Both the position numbers and the translations under genes were made by a program. The notes under the pieces are model-generated. The model had not been told where the DNA came from. It worked only from the letters and a program-made list of their open reading frames with translations, and searched no databases. DNA of 64,000 nucleotides. It comes from Lachnospiraceae bacterium. GTDB taxonomy: Bacteria > Bacillota > Clostridia > Lachnospirales > Lachnospiraceae. The stretch lies in the NCBI GenBank assembly GCA_900757145.1, contig CAAEMT010000003.1:1718-65717 (forward strand), written 5' to 3'. Shown here piece after piece: positions 50,483-60,650 of this stretch (position 1 is its first letter; the number at the start of each line of letters is the position of its first letter).

Positions 50483-51454
50483 ATGGTAAGAGAGGAACAT
50501 TTTTATTTTGCCTCCAGCGAGGGAATGGCAAAATGTCATGGAGTGAGGTGGATTCCGGAAGAGCAGATAAAAGCTGTTGTGCAGCTCGTACACGGCATGG
50601 CAGAGTACATTGAACGATATCGGGAGTTTGCGCAGTATCTTGCAGAGCGAGGGGTTCTGGTCACGGGACATGATCATTTGGGGCACGGAGGCACAGTGGA
50701 AGATCCGGCAGATTACGGGTATTTTGCAGGAGAGAACGGCAATCTCTGCATGATCGAGGACATTCATCATCTGCTGAAATTTACGAAACAGAAATATGTA
50801 GCAGACGCGGATGGCACAGAGCGTGTGCCGTATATTCTGTTTGGGCACAGCATGGGTTCTTTTTTGACGAGACAGTATTTGTGTGTAAAAGGGAGTGAGC
50901 TTGACGGTGCTGTAATCTGCGGAACAGGCGATTATCCGTATGCAGTAGCGCGTCTTGCCATGACTCTTGCAAAGGCAGGGGCAGTGCTGCATGGGTGGAG
51001 ATACAGAAGTAAGCTGCTTGAGTGGATCGTCGCAGGAAGCAGCAATGCCAAATTTGCTCCGAACCGAACGAGCGCAGACTGGCTTTGCCGCGATGAAAAA
51101 GCAGTAGATGCGTACATCAGCGACAGCCGCTGCGGATTTGCATTTACGGCAAATGCTTATTACAATATGTTTCTTGGTATCTCCAAGATCGGGCAGAAAT
51201 CATATCTTGAGCGAATGCCGAAGGATATTCCGATCCTGTTTATTGCAGGTGATCACGATCCGGTAGGAAATTTCGGCAAGGGCGTGCGCCGTGTCGCAGA
51301 ACGTTTTGAAAAGCTCGGTGTAGAGGATGTGGAATGCCGTCTGTATGAGGATGACCGCCACGAGATATTAAATGAGCTGGATAAGGATCAGGTGTATGCG
51401 GATGTATATGACTGGCTGGTAAGGAAGAAACTCACAGGAACAGAAGGACATTGA
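50483..51454 (+). CDS. Lysophospholipase-like alpha/beta hydrolase
   Basis: HGMAEY, HDHLGHG, GHSMGS, RHEILNE. Confidence 0.88.
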   Translation: MVREEHFYFASSEGMAKCHGVRWIPEEQIKAVVQLVHGMAEYIERYREFAQYLAERGVLVTGHDHLGHGGTVEDPADYGYFAGENGNLCMIEDIHHLLKFTKQKYVADADGTERVPYILFGHSMGSFLTRQYLCVKGSELDGAVICGTGDYPYAVARLAMTLAKAGAVLHGWRYRSKLLEWIVAGSSNAKFAPNRTSADWLCRDEKAVDAYISDSRCGFAFTANAYYNMFLGISKIGQKSYLERMPKDIPILFIAGDHDPVGNFGKGVRRVAERFEKLGVEDVECRLYEDDRHEILNELDKDQVYADVYDWLVRKKLTGTEGH

Positions 51455-51477
51455 AATTTTGTGCAGATACCGTATAA

Positions 51478-51819
51478 GTGCGGGAGATAATACGCAAGAT
51501 AATACGCAAGTTAAAACGGGAAACAATGTGTAGGATAATGCGCAAGTCGGAGCGCAGAGCGGTATGCAGCTTCATGTGTGATATAATGTGCAGGAATAAT
51601 GAAGAAAGCGGGTACCTTTCTGAAGCGGTCAAAAGGCTGCTTGAAGTTATGGAATATGATGTTCCTTATACAGGCAGCGCCTTGATGAAAAAGCTGGAAT
51701 TAGGATCAAGAGAAGGATTTCGGAGAAATTACCTGCATCCTGCCCTTGAACTGAATCTCATTCGTATGACCATTCCAGATAAGCCGAATAGCAGAAATCA
51801 AAGATATGTAAAAAAATAA
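51478..51819 (+). pseudogene. Remnant C-terminal wHTH of a Fic-family-type protein
   Basis: LM..L.L.SRE.FRRNYLHPALE...MTIPDKPNSRNQRY, preceded by stop-interrupted 12-bp DNTQ-type repeats; no Fic core. Confidence 0.6.
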
Positions 51820-51827
51820 GAAGAATC

Positions 51828-51854
51828 GTATCTGTGAAGGTACTGAACAGATAC
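51828..51854. mobile_element. 27-bp minimal remnant of the GTAAC MITE family
   Basis: gtatctgtgaaggtactgaacagatac shares ctgtgaaggtactgaacag with the 28416 element; flanks gaagaatc/gaaaaaac (6/8). Confidence 0.55.
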
Positions 51855-51855
51855 G

Positions 51856-51936
51856 AAAAAACAGGCTTACGCCGCCCAAATATCGTATTGCAGTTTTGCA
51901 AAAGGACTTATTCGGGCGGTGCGGAGCCTGTTTTTT
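51856..51936. terminator. Bidirectional terminator
   Basis: aaaaaacaggcttacgccgccc...gggcggtgcggagcctgtttttt between convergent genes. Confidence 0.75.
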
Positions 51937-51970
51937 GTATGGGATGGCGTGCTGCCATATCTCTGTTTTC

Positions 51971-54397
51971 TTATTTTACAGTGTCTATGGCTAGCAGAGC
52001 TGTTTTTTCGTAATCCTTTTTCATATCAAAGGAAATGAAAAAGGTATTTCCCGCAAGGTAAAATGTATCATCGATATACAAACCGCGCATCGTGTCATAT
52101 TCTGCCTGATTGATGAGCATATCGGAGTAAAAGTCGTATGCGAGTTCATTTGTGAAACCGTTTGTCTCATCGTAGGAGAAAACGAGATACCGGTTGTCAC
52201 AGTAGAAGCCGATTACATTTTTCCCAGGATCGGCGAGTATCGACTTGTAATCTTCGACAGCAGGGCACCATGTGATACCGGACAGTACCATGCGGTGTAC
52301 CTCCTTGACATCAGACGGATCAGAAATATCGAACATAGACAGTTTAAGTCCTTCTACCGTTCCTGTTTTTTCATCTGCTTCATATCCAATGCCGAGCAGC
52401 AGGTTCTCACCATAGGGGTGCAGGTAGGAGGAAAAACCGCTGACCTTTAATTCGCCTAAAATTTCCGGATTTTGCGGATCGGACAGATCGACGGAGAAAA
52501 GAGGGTCTGTCTGTTCAAAGGTGACGAAATATCCGGTATCGCCGAAAAATCTGGCGGAGCGGATCGTTTCTCCTTCAGCAAGATTTTCTATAGCGCCCGT
52601 TTGCTGCATATTCTCATCGAGAATGTACAAAGCATTGTATTCCTCGAAACTTGGTTCATACATTTCCGCTGTAACTGTACCGGACGTATCGTACACAGAA
52701 TTAAATCCATCTCTGGTATAAGTCGATACAACACGCAGCTTTCCATTGTACTCATTCATGGAGAAGGAATCGTTCAGATATCCCTTGACCGAGCCTGCCG
52801 CTACGCCTGTGATGCTGCCGCTTTCGTAATGAAACTTCGTGATCTCCGTCATGGTGACGGCAGAATCGTACTGTTCATTCGCAATATAGATATTCTGTTC
52901 GCTTACATAATAATGGCTTGCGCCTGAAACGAGTACCTTGCTGTCGCAAATCTGATCGGGCACATCCGTCTTAATAGACGAGATAACAAGATAGGTGCTG
53001 CTTTCCAGTGCTTCCGGAAGATATACAGCTCCTGCGGAGATCTCTGTATCGTTGACGCGCGGCATGATCACACTGTCGTCAAAGTTGTTGCGGATGTCCG
53101 GCGAATAACTTGTAAAGAGGTAAATATATCCGTCGTTTTTGCGAGAAGTCTCATAAGAGCCCTCCTGTGAGACGCTTCCTGTCAGCACAGGCGCGCTGCG
53201 GTCAGAAATATCGTATGTCAGCAGTGTTGTCTGACGCTTTGTATTTGTGTAATACGTATCTTCCTCGTTCGTAAGACGGGTGATCGCTCCGCTTACGATA
53301 ATGTGCAGCGTATCTCCCTCAAGGTACATCTCGTGAACGTAACCGTTGCTGCCGGTATCCAGCTTTGTCACAGACAGCAGAGCGGACTTGTCCTTGTCGG
53401 CTTTGACGATCGCAAAGGAGAGATCCTGACGGAGAATATAGACAAACTGACCGTCCGTTTTGACAATGTCCCCCTCGTCCACGCCAAGCTCCTGCAGATT
53501 CGTTTTGGAAAAATCCGTGCCTGCGGCTTTTTCAGGTGAGGAGTAGAGGTCTTCTTCTGCGTACATGGAAATACCTCCCGCATCGGAAGAATTCAAGTCA
53601 GACAGGCTCATATCTGCTGCCATTTCCGGCACTGCCAGATCGGTACGCGCTATAGAAGAAGGATTGCCGTTCTCTGTGTCATAACTGTCGGAGGAGCCGC
53701 TGTAGAAGCGGTCGTAAAGCGCCTGATAAAGGGCTTTCAGGCTTTCGGCATATGTGAAAGCGTCAGGCTCAGATACTTTTGCTTCTTTCTTGGCGGAATC
53801 TGTCTGAGCTTCTGCGTTGTTATCTGCATCAGCGGCAGGTTTTTTGGTTTCTTCCTTGGCGGAATCTGCCTGAGCTTCTGCGTTGTTATCTGCATCAGCA
53901 GCAGGTTTTTTGGTTTCTTCCTTGGCGGAATCTGTCTGAGCTTCTGCGTTGTTATCTGCATCAGCGGCAGGGTTTTCCGTTTCTTCTTGGACAGTTCTTG
54001 CGAGCAGGTTTTCTGTCACAGACTGTATATCCTGTGATTCCTCTGCCTGTCGGTGTTTTTTGAGCTGCTGTGACTGCAAAAGGACTCCAAAAGCAAGGAC
54101 GAATACAGCTGCAGCGCTTCCAAAGCGCAGAAAACGACTGCGCATCCTTCTGCGCCGTGCACCTTCTTTCATATCAACGGTTTTGCCCGGTGCAGCTTCT
54201 GAGTCGCTGACCGTTTTCTTCTGTATAGTCTTTTCGTTTTTTGTATCAGATGCAGCAGAATTTACATTTTCCTGTTCAGATGATCCTGCATATTTTTCAC
54301 GCAGCATTTTTTCGATTGCCTCAGGATGCAGACTGTCCGGGATAGGGGTGTTTCTGCCATCTTCTTTTATTTTCTGTAAAAGATCCTTTTCATTCAT
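51971..54397 (-). CDS. Membrane-anchored secreted beta-propeller domain protein (probable anti-sigma)
   Basis: Short cytoplasmic N-terminus, TM, repeats, then TNLQELGVDEGDIVKTDG, FSMNEY, SARF, FVTF..TDPLF, GELKVSGFSSYLHP. Confidence 0.85.
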   Translation of the reverse strand: MNEKDLLQKIKEDGRNTPIPDSLHPEAIEKMLREKYAGSSEQENVNSAASDTKNEKTIQKKTVSDSEAAPGKTVDMKEGARRRRMRSRFLRFGSAAAVFVLAFGVLLQSQQLKKHRQAEESQDIQSVTENLLARTVQEETENPAADADNNAEAQTDSAKEETKKPAADADNNAEAQADSAKEETKKPAADADNNAEAQTDSAKKEAKVSEPDAFTYAESLKALYQALYDRFYSGSSDSYDTENGNPSSIARTDLAVPEMAADMSLSDLNSSDAGGISMYAEEDLYSSPEKAAGTDFSKTNLQELGVDEGDIVKTDGQFVYILRQDLSFAIVKADKDKSALLSVTKLDTGSNGYVHEMYLEGDTLHIIVSGAITRLTNEEDTYYTNTKRQTTLLTYDISDRSAPVLTGSVSQEGSYETSRKNDGYIYLFTSYSPDIRNNFDDSVIMPRVNDTEISAGAVYLPEALESSTYLVISSIKTDVPDQICDSKVLVSGASHYYVSEQNIYIANEQYDSAVTMTEITKFHYESGSITGVAAGSVKGYLNDSFSMNEYNGKLRVVSTYTRDGFNSVYDTSGTVTAEMYEPSFEEYNALYILDENMQQTGAIENLAEGETIRSARFFGDTGYFVTFEQTDPLFSVDLSDPQNPEILGELKVSGFSSYLHPYGENLLLGIGYEADEKTGTVEGLKLSMFDISDPSDVKEVHRMVLSGITWCPAVEDYKSILADPGKNVIGFYCDNRYLVFSYDETNGFTNELAYDFYSDMLINQAEYDTMRGLYIDDTFYLAGNTFFISFDMKKDYEKTALLAIDTVK
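53789..53986 (-). repeat. Three 66-bp coding tandem repeats (PAADADNNAEAQ[TA]DSAKEETKK)
   Basis: cttggcggaatctg... begins at 53789, 53855 and 53921. Confidence 0.92.
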
Positions 54398-54408
54398 ACT
54401 GTTCTCCT

Positions 54409-54930
54409 TTAAGAAAGCATCTGCTCCAGCTTTTTCAGCGCGCGGCTTTGTCTGGAGCGGACTGTGTTTGGGTTCATATCAAGCTGTTCGCCGATTTCCT
54501 GACTGGAATATCCTGCAAACAGATTCAGTGCAAGGATCAGGCGGTCATCCTCGGGAAGAGCGGCAAAGGCACGGCGCACATCTGTCTGCACAGATAGATC
54601 TGCATCTGTTCTGTGTGCGGGCGCATTATGAGCGTCGGTTATATCATCAAGCTCAACGGGAGGATTGATGTAGTCACGGATACGGCGGCGGCATTTGTTG
54701 CTGAGGATACGAAAGATCCATGAGCAGAATGCGCCGTCTTCGCGAAGTGTGCGCAGTTGTGAGAATGCATCCAATACCGTCTCGCTTACGACGTCCTCTG
54801 CATCCTGTGGATGCTGTAGCGTGTAAAGCGCGAAGCAGTACAGATCTTTATAGACAGACTGATAGAGGAGTGCGAAAGCGTGTATATCCCCTGCTTTTGC
54901 CTGCTGGATCAATTCGGGTGATGGATTCAT
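54409..54930 (-). CDS. ECF sigma-70 factor
   Basis: DAEDVVSE, WIFRILSN, SQEIG..L..NPNTVRSR. Start after AAAGGAG. Confidence 0.92.
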   Translation of the reverse strand: MNPSPELIQQAKAGDIHAFALLYQSVYKDLYCFALYTLQHPQDAEDVVSETVLDAFSQLRTLREDGAFCSWIFRILSNKCRRRIRDYINPPVELDDITDAHNAPAHRTDADLSVQTDVRRAFAALPEDDRLILALNLFAGYSSQEIGEQLDMNPNTVRSRQSRALKKLEQMLS

Positions 54931-55100
54931 ATATGTCTCCTTTCTGACCGGACAAATGCAGCTTGCAGGCACTCTGTCAGTGGCAGGTGCCGGTTGTTTC
55001 AGATGCGCTGCATTTGCTGCGGTCATAAAATAAGTGTAAAAAAATCCCCGTATTGTTGCGGGGATTTTAAAAAATTTAGTTTTCGGTGTTTTGCTGCTGT

Positions 55101-55991
55101 TTATAATTGGATTTTATTGTCTGTTTTCTCGATAAAGCCCTCACCGAGCACCTGACTCGTATTCGTCATCATGATAAAGGCATTTTCATCGATCTCATGA
55201 ACAGTCTGGATAACCATATGTGACTGCACATCGGAGCAGGCGCACAGAAGTACATCGCGATCCTGCTTCGTATAAGTACCCATGGCGCGGATCGAAGTCG
55301 AGCCGCGGCCGGTGATCTCGCCGATCCGGTCGGCGATCGCCTGTCCTTTATCAGTGATAATAATCGCAAGTGCGCCGGAAGCCATGCCGAACATGATCTT
55401 ATCGATCGTTATTGAAGTAATAAACGTCGTCAGCAGACCGTAGAGGATCGCATCTACATTGCGGAAAACGGGACCGCCGAGAGCGATGATAAACAGGTCG
55501 ATCGCCATAGTCACCATACCGATCGATAAATGCGGGCGAAGCACCTTGATCGTTATCGTCAGGAAGTCCGTACCGCCCGATGAGGTACCGCGGGAGTAAA
55601 AGATCGCAAGCGCCGCGCCGATAAAGAAGCCGGAATACAGCGCCGCCATAAACGGCGAGCCTGCATATGTCGGTGTAAACGGAAATACAACATCAAGAAA
55701 GAACGTGCAAAAAAGCATTGTGCGCAGTGATTTCAGCATAAAGCTTTTGCCGACGATCTTGTAGCTGAGCAGGATCAGCGGAATATTGAGCACGAGGGAC
55801 ATCGTACCGATTGGAAGTCCCCACAGATAGTTCATGATAAGCGCGAGACCGGAAATACCGCCCGGAGCGAAGTTCGCAGTCTTGGCAAACGTGTAGATGC
55901 CGACCGCATACAGAATACTGCCTGCAATATCACAGAGGATATCGAGAAGGAAATCTTTTTGTTTTTTGTTTTTCACAAGAGAAGCTGCCAT
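55101..55991 (-). CDS. YitT family membrane protein
   Basis: PGGISG, LNIPL, SSGGTD, GRGST, IDENAF, V.GEGF. Confidence 0.9.
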   Translation of the reverse strand: MAASLVKNKKQKDFLLDILCDIAGSILYAVGIYTFAKTANFAPGGISGLALIMNYLWGLPIGTMSLVLNIPLILLSYKIVGKSFMLKSLRTMLFCTFFLDVVFPFTPTYAGSPFMAALYSGFFIGAALAIFYSRGTSSGGTDFLTITIKVLRPHLSIGMVTMAIDLFIIALGGPVFRNVDAILYGLLTTFITSITIDKIMFGMASGALAIIITDKGQAIADRIGEITGRGSTSIRAMGTYTKQDRDVLLCACSDVQSHMVIQTVHEIDENAFIMMTNTSQVLGEGFIEKTDNKIQL

Positions 55992-56250
55992 AACAGAACC
56001 TCCAAATTATAAGATACGATTAGTGTAAAATCGAAGTATACCAATTATAACATATAATATACGCAGAAGCAATTTTTGTATGATTTTAAACTTCTGTTGG
56101 TTACTGTCAAGTCCCTCTTTTTAGAACTTGCAGGAATGGAAGAAAAACGGTATAATGACTTAAATATACGCAAATTCCGTGTGTCAGAGCGGCAAAGCTT
56201 ATGTGCGGCATACAGGAACACTTAAAGAAGCGGACAGAAGGAGAATTATT

Positions 56251-57639
56251 ATGGAATTTACTACGGTCAGAGAATTATACCGGAACAGCGATGCTTACAT
56301 CGGCAAAGAGGTTAAGGTAGGTGGATGGGTGAGAAGCATCCGTGATTCAAAAACATTTGGTTTTATCGTACTGCATGACGGTACATTTTTTGAGACGCTG
56401 CAGATTGTCTATTCCGATAAGCTGGAGAATTTTGCCCAGATCGGAAAGCAGAACAGCGGCGCGGCGATCATCGTGACTGGTACGCTCGTAGCAACGCCGA
56501 ACGCAAAGCAGCCGTTTGAGATTCAGGCATCATCTGTAGAAATTGAGGGTGCGTCTACGCCGGATTATCCGATGCAGAAGAAACGTCATTCTCTGGAGTA
56601 TCTGCGCACGGTTCCGCACCTGCGTCCGAGAACAAATACGTTTCAGGCAGTTTTCCGCGTGCGTTCTCTGATCGCATACGCGATTCACAAGTTCTTTCAG
56701 GAGAGAGATTTTGTCTATGTACACGCTCCGCTGATCACGGCAAGCGACTGTGAGGGCGCCGGAGAAATGTTTCAGGTAACGACGATGGATCTGAATAATA
56801 TCCCGAAGAACGACAAGGGAGATGTGGACTTTTCACAAGACTTTTTCGGAAAGGCAACGAAGCTGACTGTAAGCGGACAGCTTGACGTTGAGGCGTTTGC
56901 GCAGGCATTCCGCAATGTTTACACATTCGGACCGACATTCCGTTCTGAGAACTCTAATACGGCACGTCACGCGGCTGAGTTCTGGATGATCGAGCCGGAG
57001 ATTGCATTTGCAGATCTTCAGGATGACATGAGACTGGCTGAGGATATGATCAAATATATCATCGGTTACGTGCTTGAAAATGCGCCGGAAGAGATGAAGT
57101 TCTTCAATTCTTTTGTAGATAAGGGACTGATCGAGCGTCTGACGCATGTTATGAATTCTGATTTCGGTCATGTGACATATACGGAAGCGATCGAGATTCT
57201 TGAGAAAAATAACGACAATTTTGAATACAAGGTATCATGGGGGTGCGATCTTCAGACAGAGCACGAGCGTTATCTGACAGAGCAGGTATATAAGAAGCCG
57301 TTGTTTGTGACGGATTACCCGAAGGATATCAAGGCATTTTATATGAAACTCAATGAGGACGGAAAGACAGTTGCGGCTATGGACTGCCTCGTTCCGGGTA
57401 TCGGCGAGATCATCGGCGGAAGCCAGAGAGAGGATGATTTTGAAAAACTGCAGGCGCGTATCGAAGAACTCGGTATGAACGCTGAGGATTACAAGTATTA
57501 CATGGATCTGCGTAAGTACGGCACAACGCACCATGCAGGCTTTGGTCTTGGATTTGAGCGCTGCGTGATGTATCTGACGGGTATGTCAAATATCCGTGAT
57601 GTACTTCCGTATCCGCGTACAGTAGGAAACTGTGAGTAA
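56251..57639 (+). CDS. asnS: Asparagine--tRNA ligase
   Basis: [48 protein letters not shown]. Confidence 0.97.
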   Translation: MEFTTVRELYRNSDAYIGKEVKVGGWVRSIRDSKTFGFIVLHDGTFFETLQIVYSDKLENFAQIGKQNSGAAIIVTGTLVATPNAKQPFEIQASSVEIEGASTPDYPMQKKRHSLEYLRTVPHLRPRTNTFQAVFRVRSLIAYAIHKFFQERDFVYVHAPLITASDCEGAGEMFQVTTMDLNNIPKNDKGDVDFSQDFFGKATKLTVSGQLDVEAFAQAFRNVYTFGPTFRSENSNTARHAAEFWMIEPEIAFADLQDDMRLAEDMIKYIIGYVLENAPEEMKFFNSFVDKGLIERLTHVMNSDFGHVTYTEAIEILEKNNDNFEYKVSWGCDLQTEHERYLTEQVYKKPLFVTDYPKDIKAFYMKLNEDGKTVAAMDCLVPGIGEIIGGSQREDDFEKLQARIEELGMNAEDYKYYMDLRKYGTTHHAGFGLGFERCVMYLTGMSNIRDVLPYPRTVGNCE

Positions 57640-57710
57640 ATGACGCATTTTCCGATGGGCAAAGATACGAATGACAGACGGAAAATATTTTTGCTGGAGC
57701 AGTAGTGTGC

Positions 57711-57747
57711 AGCAGACTGTGTGGGAAGCTTCCTCACAGTCTGCTTT
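57711..57747 (+). terminator. Hairpin after asnS
   Basis: agcagactgtgtgggaa/ttcctcacagtctgcttt; short T tail. Confidence 0.6.
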
Positions 57748-57779
57748 GAAAATATTGAGGCTTTTTATGGGGAGTGGAT

Positions 57780-58475
57780 ATGAGCAGCAGAATTTTAGTA
57801 TTGGATGATGAAAAGGAGATTGCCGACGTCATTGCGCTCTATCTCAAAAATGACGGGTATGAGGTACAGACTGCATATACGGGACGGGAAGCGCTTGCGA
57901 TGATCGGCAGGGAGCAGCCTGATCTGGCGCTGCTTGATGTGATGCTGCCGGACATTGACGGTTTTCGCATTTTACAGAAGATTCGTGAAAAATACAGGTT
58001 TCCGGTCATTATGCTGACTGCAAAGACGGAATATACAGACAAGATAGAAGGGCTGACTCTGGGCGCAGACGATTATATCGCAAAGCCTTTCAACCCGCTG
58101 GAGCTTGTGGCAAGAGTCAAAGCGCAGCTTCGCCGTTACACGAAGTACAATGATACAGCAAAGCACTCCGGAAATGTGATCGATTTTGCAGGGCTTTTGA
58201 TGAACCGTGACACACATGAGTGTACATATAATGAGCGTGAGCTTGTGTTGACGCCGATCGAGTTTGATATTCTCTGGCTTCTGTGTGAAAACCGCGGCAA
58301 GGTCATCAGCTCAGAACATCTCTTTGAAACAATCTGGAAAGAAAAATACTTTAAAAACAGCAACAATACGGTAATGGTCCATATCCGTCATCTTCGTGAG
58401 AAAATGGGAGACGGCAGGAGAAAGGATGATTTTATCAAGACCGTTTGGGGAGTGGGTTATAAGGTTGAAAAATAA
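57780..58475 (+). CDS. OmpR-family response regulator (VanR-like)
   Basis: DDEKEIAD, DVMLPDIDG, GADDYIAKPFNPLE, NTVMVHIRHLREK, TVWGVGY. Confidence 0.92.
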   Translation: MSSRILVLDDEKEIADVIALYLKNDGYEVQTAYTGREALAMIGREQPDLALLDVMLPDIDGFRILQKIREKYRFPVIMLTAKTEYTDKIEGLTLGADDYIAKPFNPLELVARVKAQLRRYTKYNDTAKHSGNVIDFAGLLMNRDTHECTYNERELVLTPIEFDILWLLCENRGKVISSEHLFETIWKEKYFKNSNNTVMVHIRHLREKMGDGRRKDDFIKTVWGVGYKVEK

Positions 58476-59592
58476 TTACAGCAGACTGAAGCGTTCGATC
58501 ATTGCCCGCACACTTCTGATTTCGATTTTATCGGTAGCAGTCGGTTACGGAATTCTGACCTTTCTGGTGGATGGTATATTTCATGACAGCTTTGCCAATC
58601 TGACAGTTCGCATTTTTATGAAATTTGGCATGAGCGAGTGGCGGGCGATCGAGTGTTATAATGATATTTTTATTTACAATAAAACGCTGTTTGTAGTAGG
58701 CGGATTCTGTATTCTGTTCCTGTTTTCGTTTTATGTATCGGTCGGAAGGCTGACACGCTATCTAAACAGTATCAGTGATGCCCTTGAAAAGACTCTGGAC
58801 GCTTCAGATGAGCCGATTCTACTGCCGCCGGAGCTGGAGCCAATGGCAGATACGCTTTCTACGTTGAAGCTGAAGCTCAAACGCAGGGAGAAACAGGCGG
58901 CGGAAAGTGAAAAACGTAAAAATGAGCTGGTTGTATATCTGGCACATGATCTGAAGACGCCTCTTACATCGGTGATCGCATATCTGACCATGCTTGATGA
59001 ACAGCCGAATATGCCGCCGGAGGAGAGGGGAAAGTATACGCATATTACGCTTGAAAAGGCAATACGCCTTGAAGAGCTTATCAGTGAGTTTTTTGATATT
59101 ACGCGGTTCAATCTCCAGAATATCGTTCTGGATAAAGAACTGCTCGATCTGTCAATCCTGCTGGAGCAGCTTGCAGACGAGAGCTACGGTATGCTAAGTG
59201 AGAAAAATATGACTTGCGCCGTTGATGTCGAGGAAAAGCTTATGTTTCGCGGTGATCCTGACAAACTGGCGCGCGTTTTTGACAATCTGCTGCGCAATGC
59301 GGCGGCGTATGGATTTGAGGACACGCAGATCCTGATTCAGGCAAGAGGCGGAAACGGCAGGATCACGATCGTATTTACGAATGAAGGTCCTCAGATTCCG
59401 CAGAAGAAGCTGGAGATGATCTTTGAAAAATTTTACCGAGTAGACGATTCACGGTCGAGCAAAACGGGAGGCGCTGGACTTGGACTGGCGATTGCAAGGC
59501 AGATCGTAGAGCTGCATGGGGGCTCTATATCAGCCGCAAGCGACAGCCGGAATACACGGTTTATCGTGAGTCTGCCATCGCAGGAGGTCTAG
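58465..59592 (+). CDS. Sensor histidine kinase (VanS-like)
   Basis: Two TMs, RKNELVVYLAHDLKTPLTSVI, FEKFYR, GAGLGLAI. TTG start inferred. Confidence 0.9.
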   Translation: MKNNYSRLKRSIIARTLLISILSVAVGYGILTFLVDGIFHDSFANLTVRIFMKFGMSEWRAIECYNDIFIYNKTLFVVGGFCILFLFSFYVSVGRLTRYLNSISDALEKTLDASDEPILLPPELEPMADTLSTLKLKLKRREKQAAESEKRKNELVVYLAHDLKTPLTSVIAYLTMLDEQPNMPPEERGKYTHITLEKAIRLEELISEFFDITRFNLQNIVLDKELLDLSILLEQLADESYGMLSEKNMTCAVDVEEKLMFRGDPDKLARVFDNLLRNAAAYGFEDTQILIQARGGNGRITIVFTNEGPQIPQKKLEMIFEKFYRVDDSRSSKTGGAGLGLAIARQIVELHGGSISAASDSRNTRFIVSLPSQEV

Positions 59593-59688
59593 GGATTTGG
59601 ACGCCTATACTATCCGGTTGTGAGAGAATAATAGTGGGCGGTATTGCGAGAGGGTAAGGCAGGAGTATTTTATCTGGGAGGTGGCTGC

Positions 59689-60552
59689 ATGGCACAGAAG
59701 AGAAGAAGGAAAAGAAACAGGTTTGCCGATATTATGAGCGGTCTTTTGATGGCGATCGCGCTCGTTGTATTCCTTTTTTCGGGATATATGCTGTACGGAT
59801 TCTACAAGGAATACAAGGCAGGAACGGATGAATATGACAACCTTGAAAACAGCTACACAGTGCAGCAGGAATCGGAACAGGATTTTGATGAGCTTGAGGA
59901 TGATTCTGCGCTGCAGGAGGTCGGGGGCCATGAGGTTCGCTCGGTAATGTATAACGGACAGGAGATAAAGGTTCCTGTGGTGAGCAATCCGATTGATTTT
60001 GAAGAACTTGAAGCAGTAAATGAGGATATTGTGGGATGGCTGCGCATCAGTGCGCTTGATATTTCTTATCCTGTAGTACAGGGGACAGACAATGATTTTT
60101 ATCTGCACAGGACATTCGAGAAGGAAGATAACTTTGCAGGTTGTATTTTCCTGAATGCAGACAATAAATCAGATTTTACCGATCAGAATACAATTGTATA
60201 CGGTCATAATATGAAAAACGGCTCTATGTTTGGAAAACTGAAAGATTTTCGTGAGGAAGAGGTTTTTAATAAGAGCAAGTATTTTTGGATGTTCACGGAT
60301 GATCTGATTTATCAGTACAGGATTTTTTCTGCCTGTGTTGTAAATAAAACAGGGCTTACATATCAGACCTTTTTTGTTAATAATGAATTTGATGAGTTTG
60401 TAAATGCTGCGTATGAAAGCTCAGAGGTAGATACAAGCGGTGTAGAAGTGACGCGGGATGACCGGGTGATGACGCTTTCTACATGTACGGGTGATGACGC
60501 GACACGCTTTGTAGTAATCGGAAAGCTTGCGCAGATTTATGCATCGAAATAG
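59689..60552 (+). CDS. srtB: Class B sortase
   Basis: N-terminal TM, YPVVQG.DN..YL, YGHNMKNGSMF, TLSTC...R. Confidence 0.9.
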   Translation: MAQKRRRKRNRFADIMSGLLMAIALVVFLFSGYMLYGFYKEYKAGTDEYDNLENSYTVQQESEQDFDELEDDSALQEVGGHEVRSVMYNGQEIKVPVVSNPIDFEELEAVNEDIVGWLRISALDISYPVVQGTDNDFYLHRTFEKEDNFAGCIFLNADNKSDFTDQNTIVYGHNMKNGSMFGKLKDFREEEVFNKSKYFWMFTDDLIYQYRIFSACVVNKTGLTYQTFFVNNEFDEFVNAAYESSEVDTSGVEVTRDDRVMTLSTCTGDDATRFVVIGKLAQIYASK

Positions 60553-60650
60553 GTACAGGTCTTGAAAATGTATGCGTGAAGGTGAAGCCGCATAGGATGC
60601 ACAGAAAAATAAAAATATGCATCTGCGGCATAAGAAAGGGGGAGCTTTAG

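Noticed and set aside
53949..54668. 239-aa plus-strand ORF
   Set aside because: Antisense to the well-supported beta-propeller and sigma genes.
56000..56250. Possible T-box upstream of asnS
   Set aside because: No T-box consensus or leader terminator is visible.
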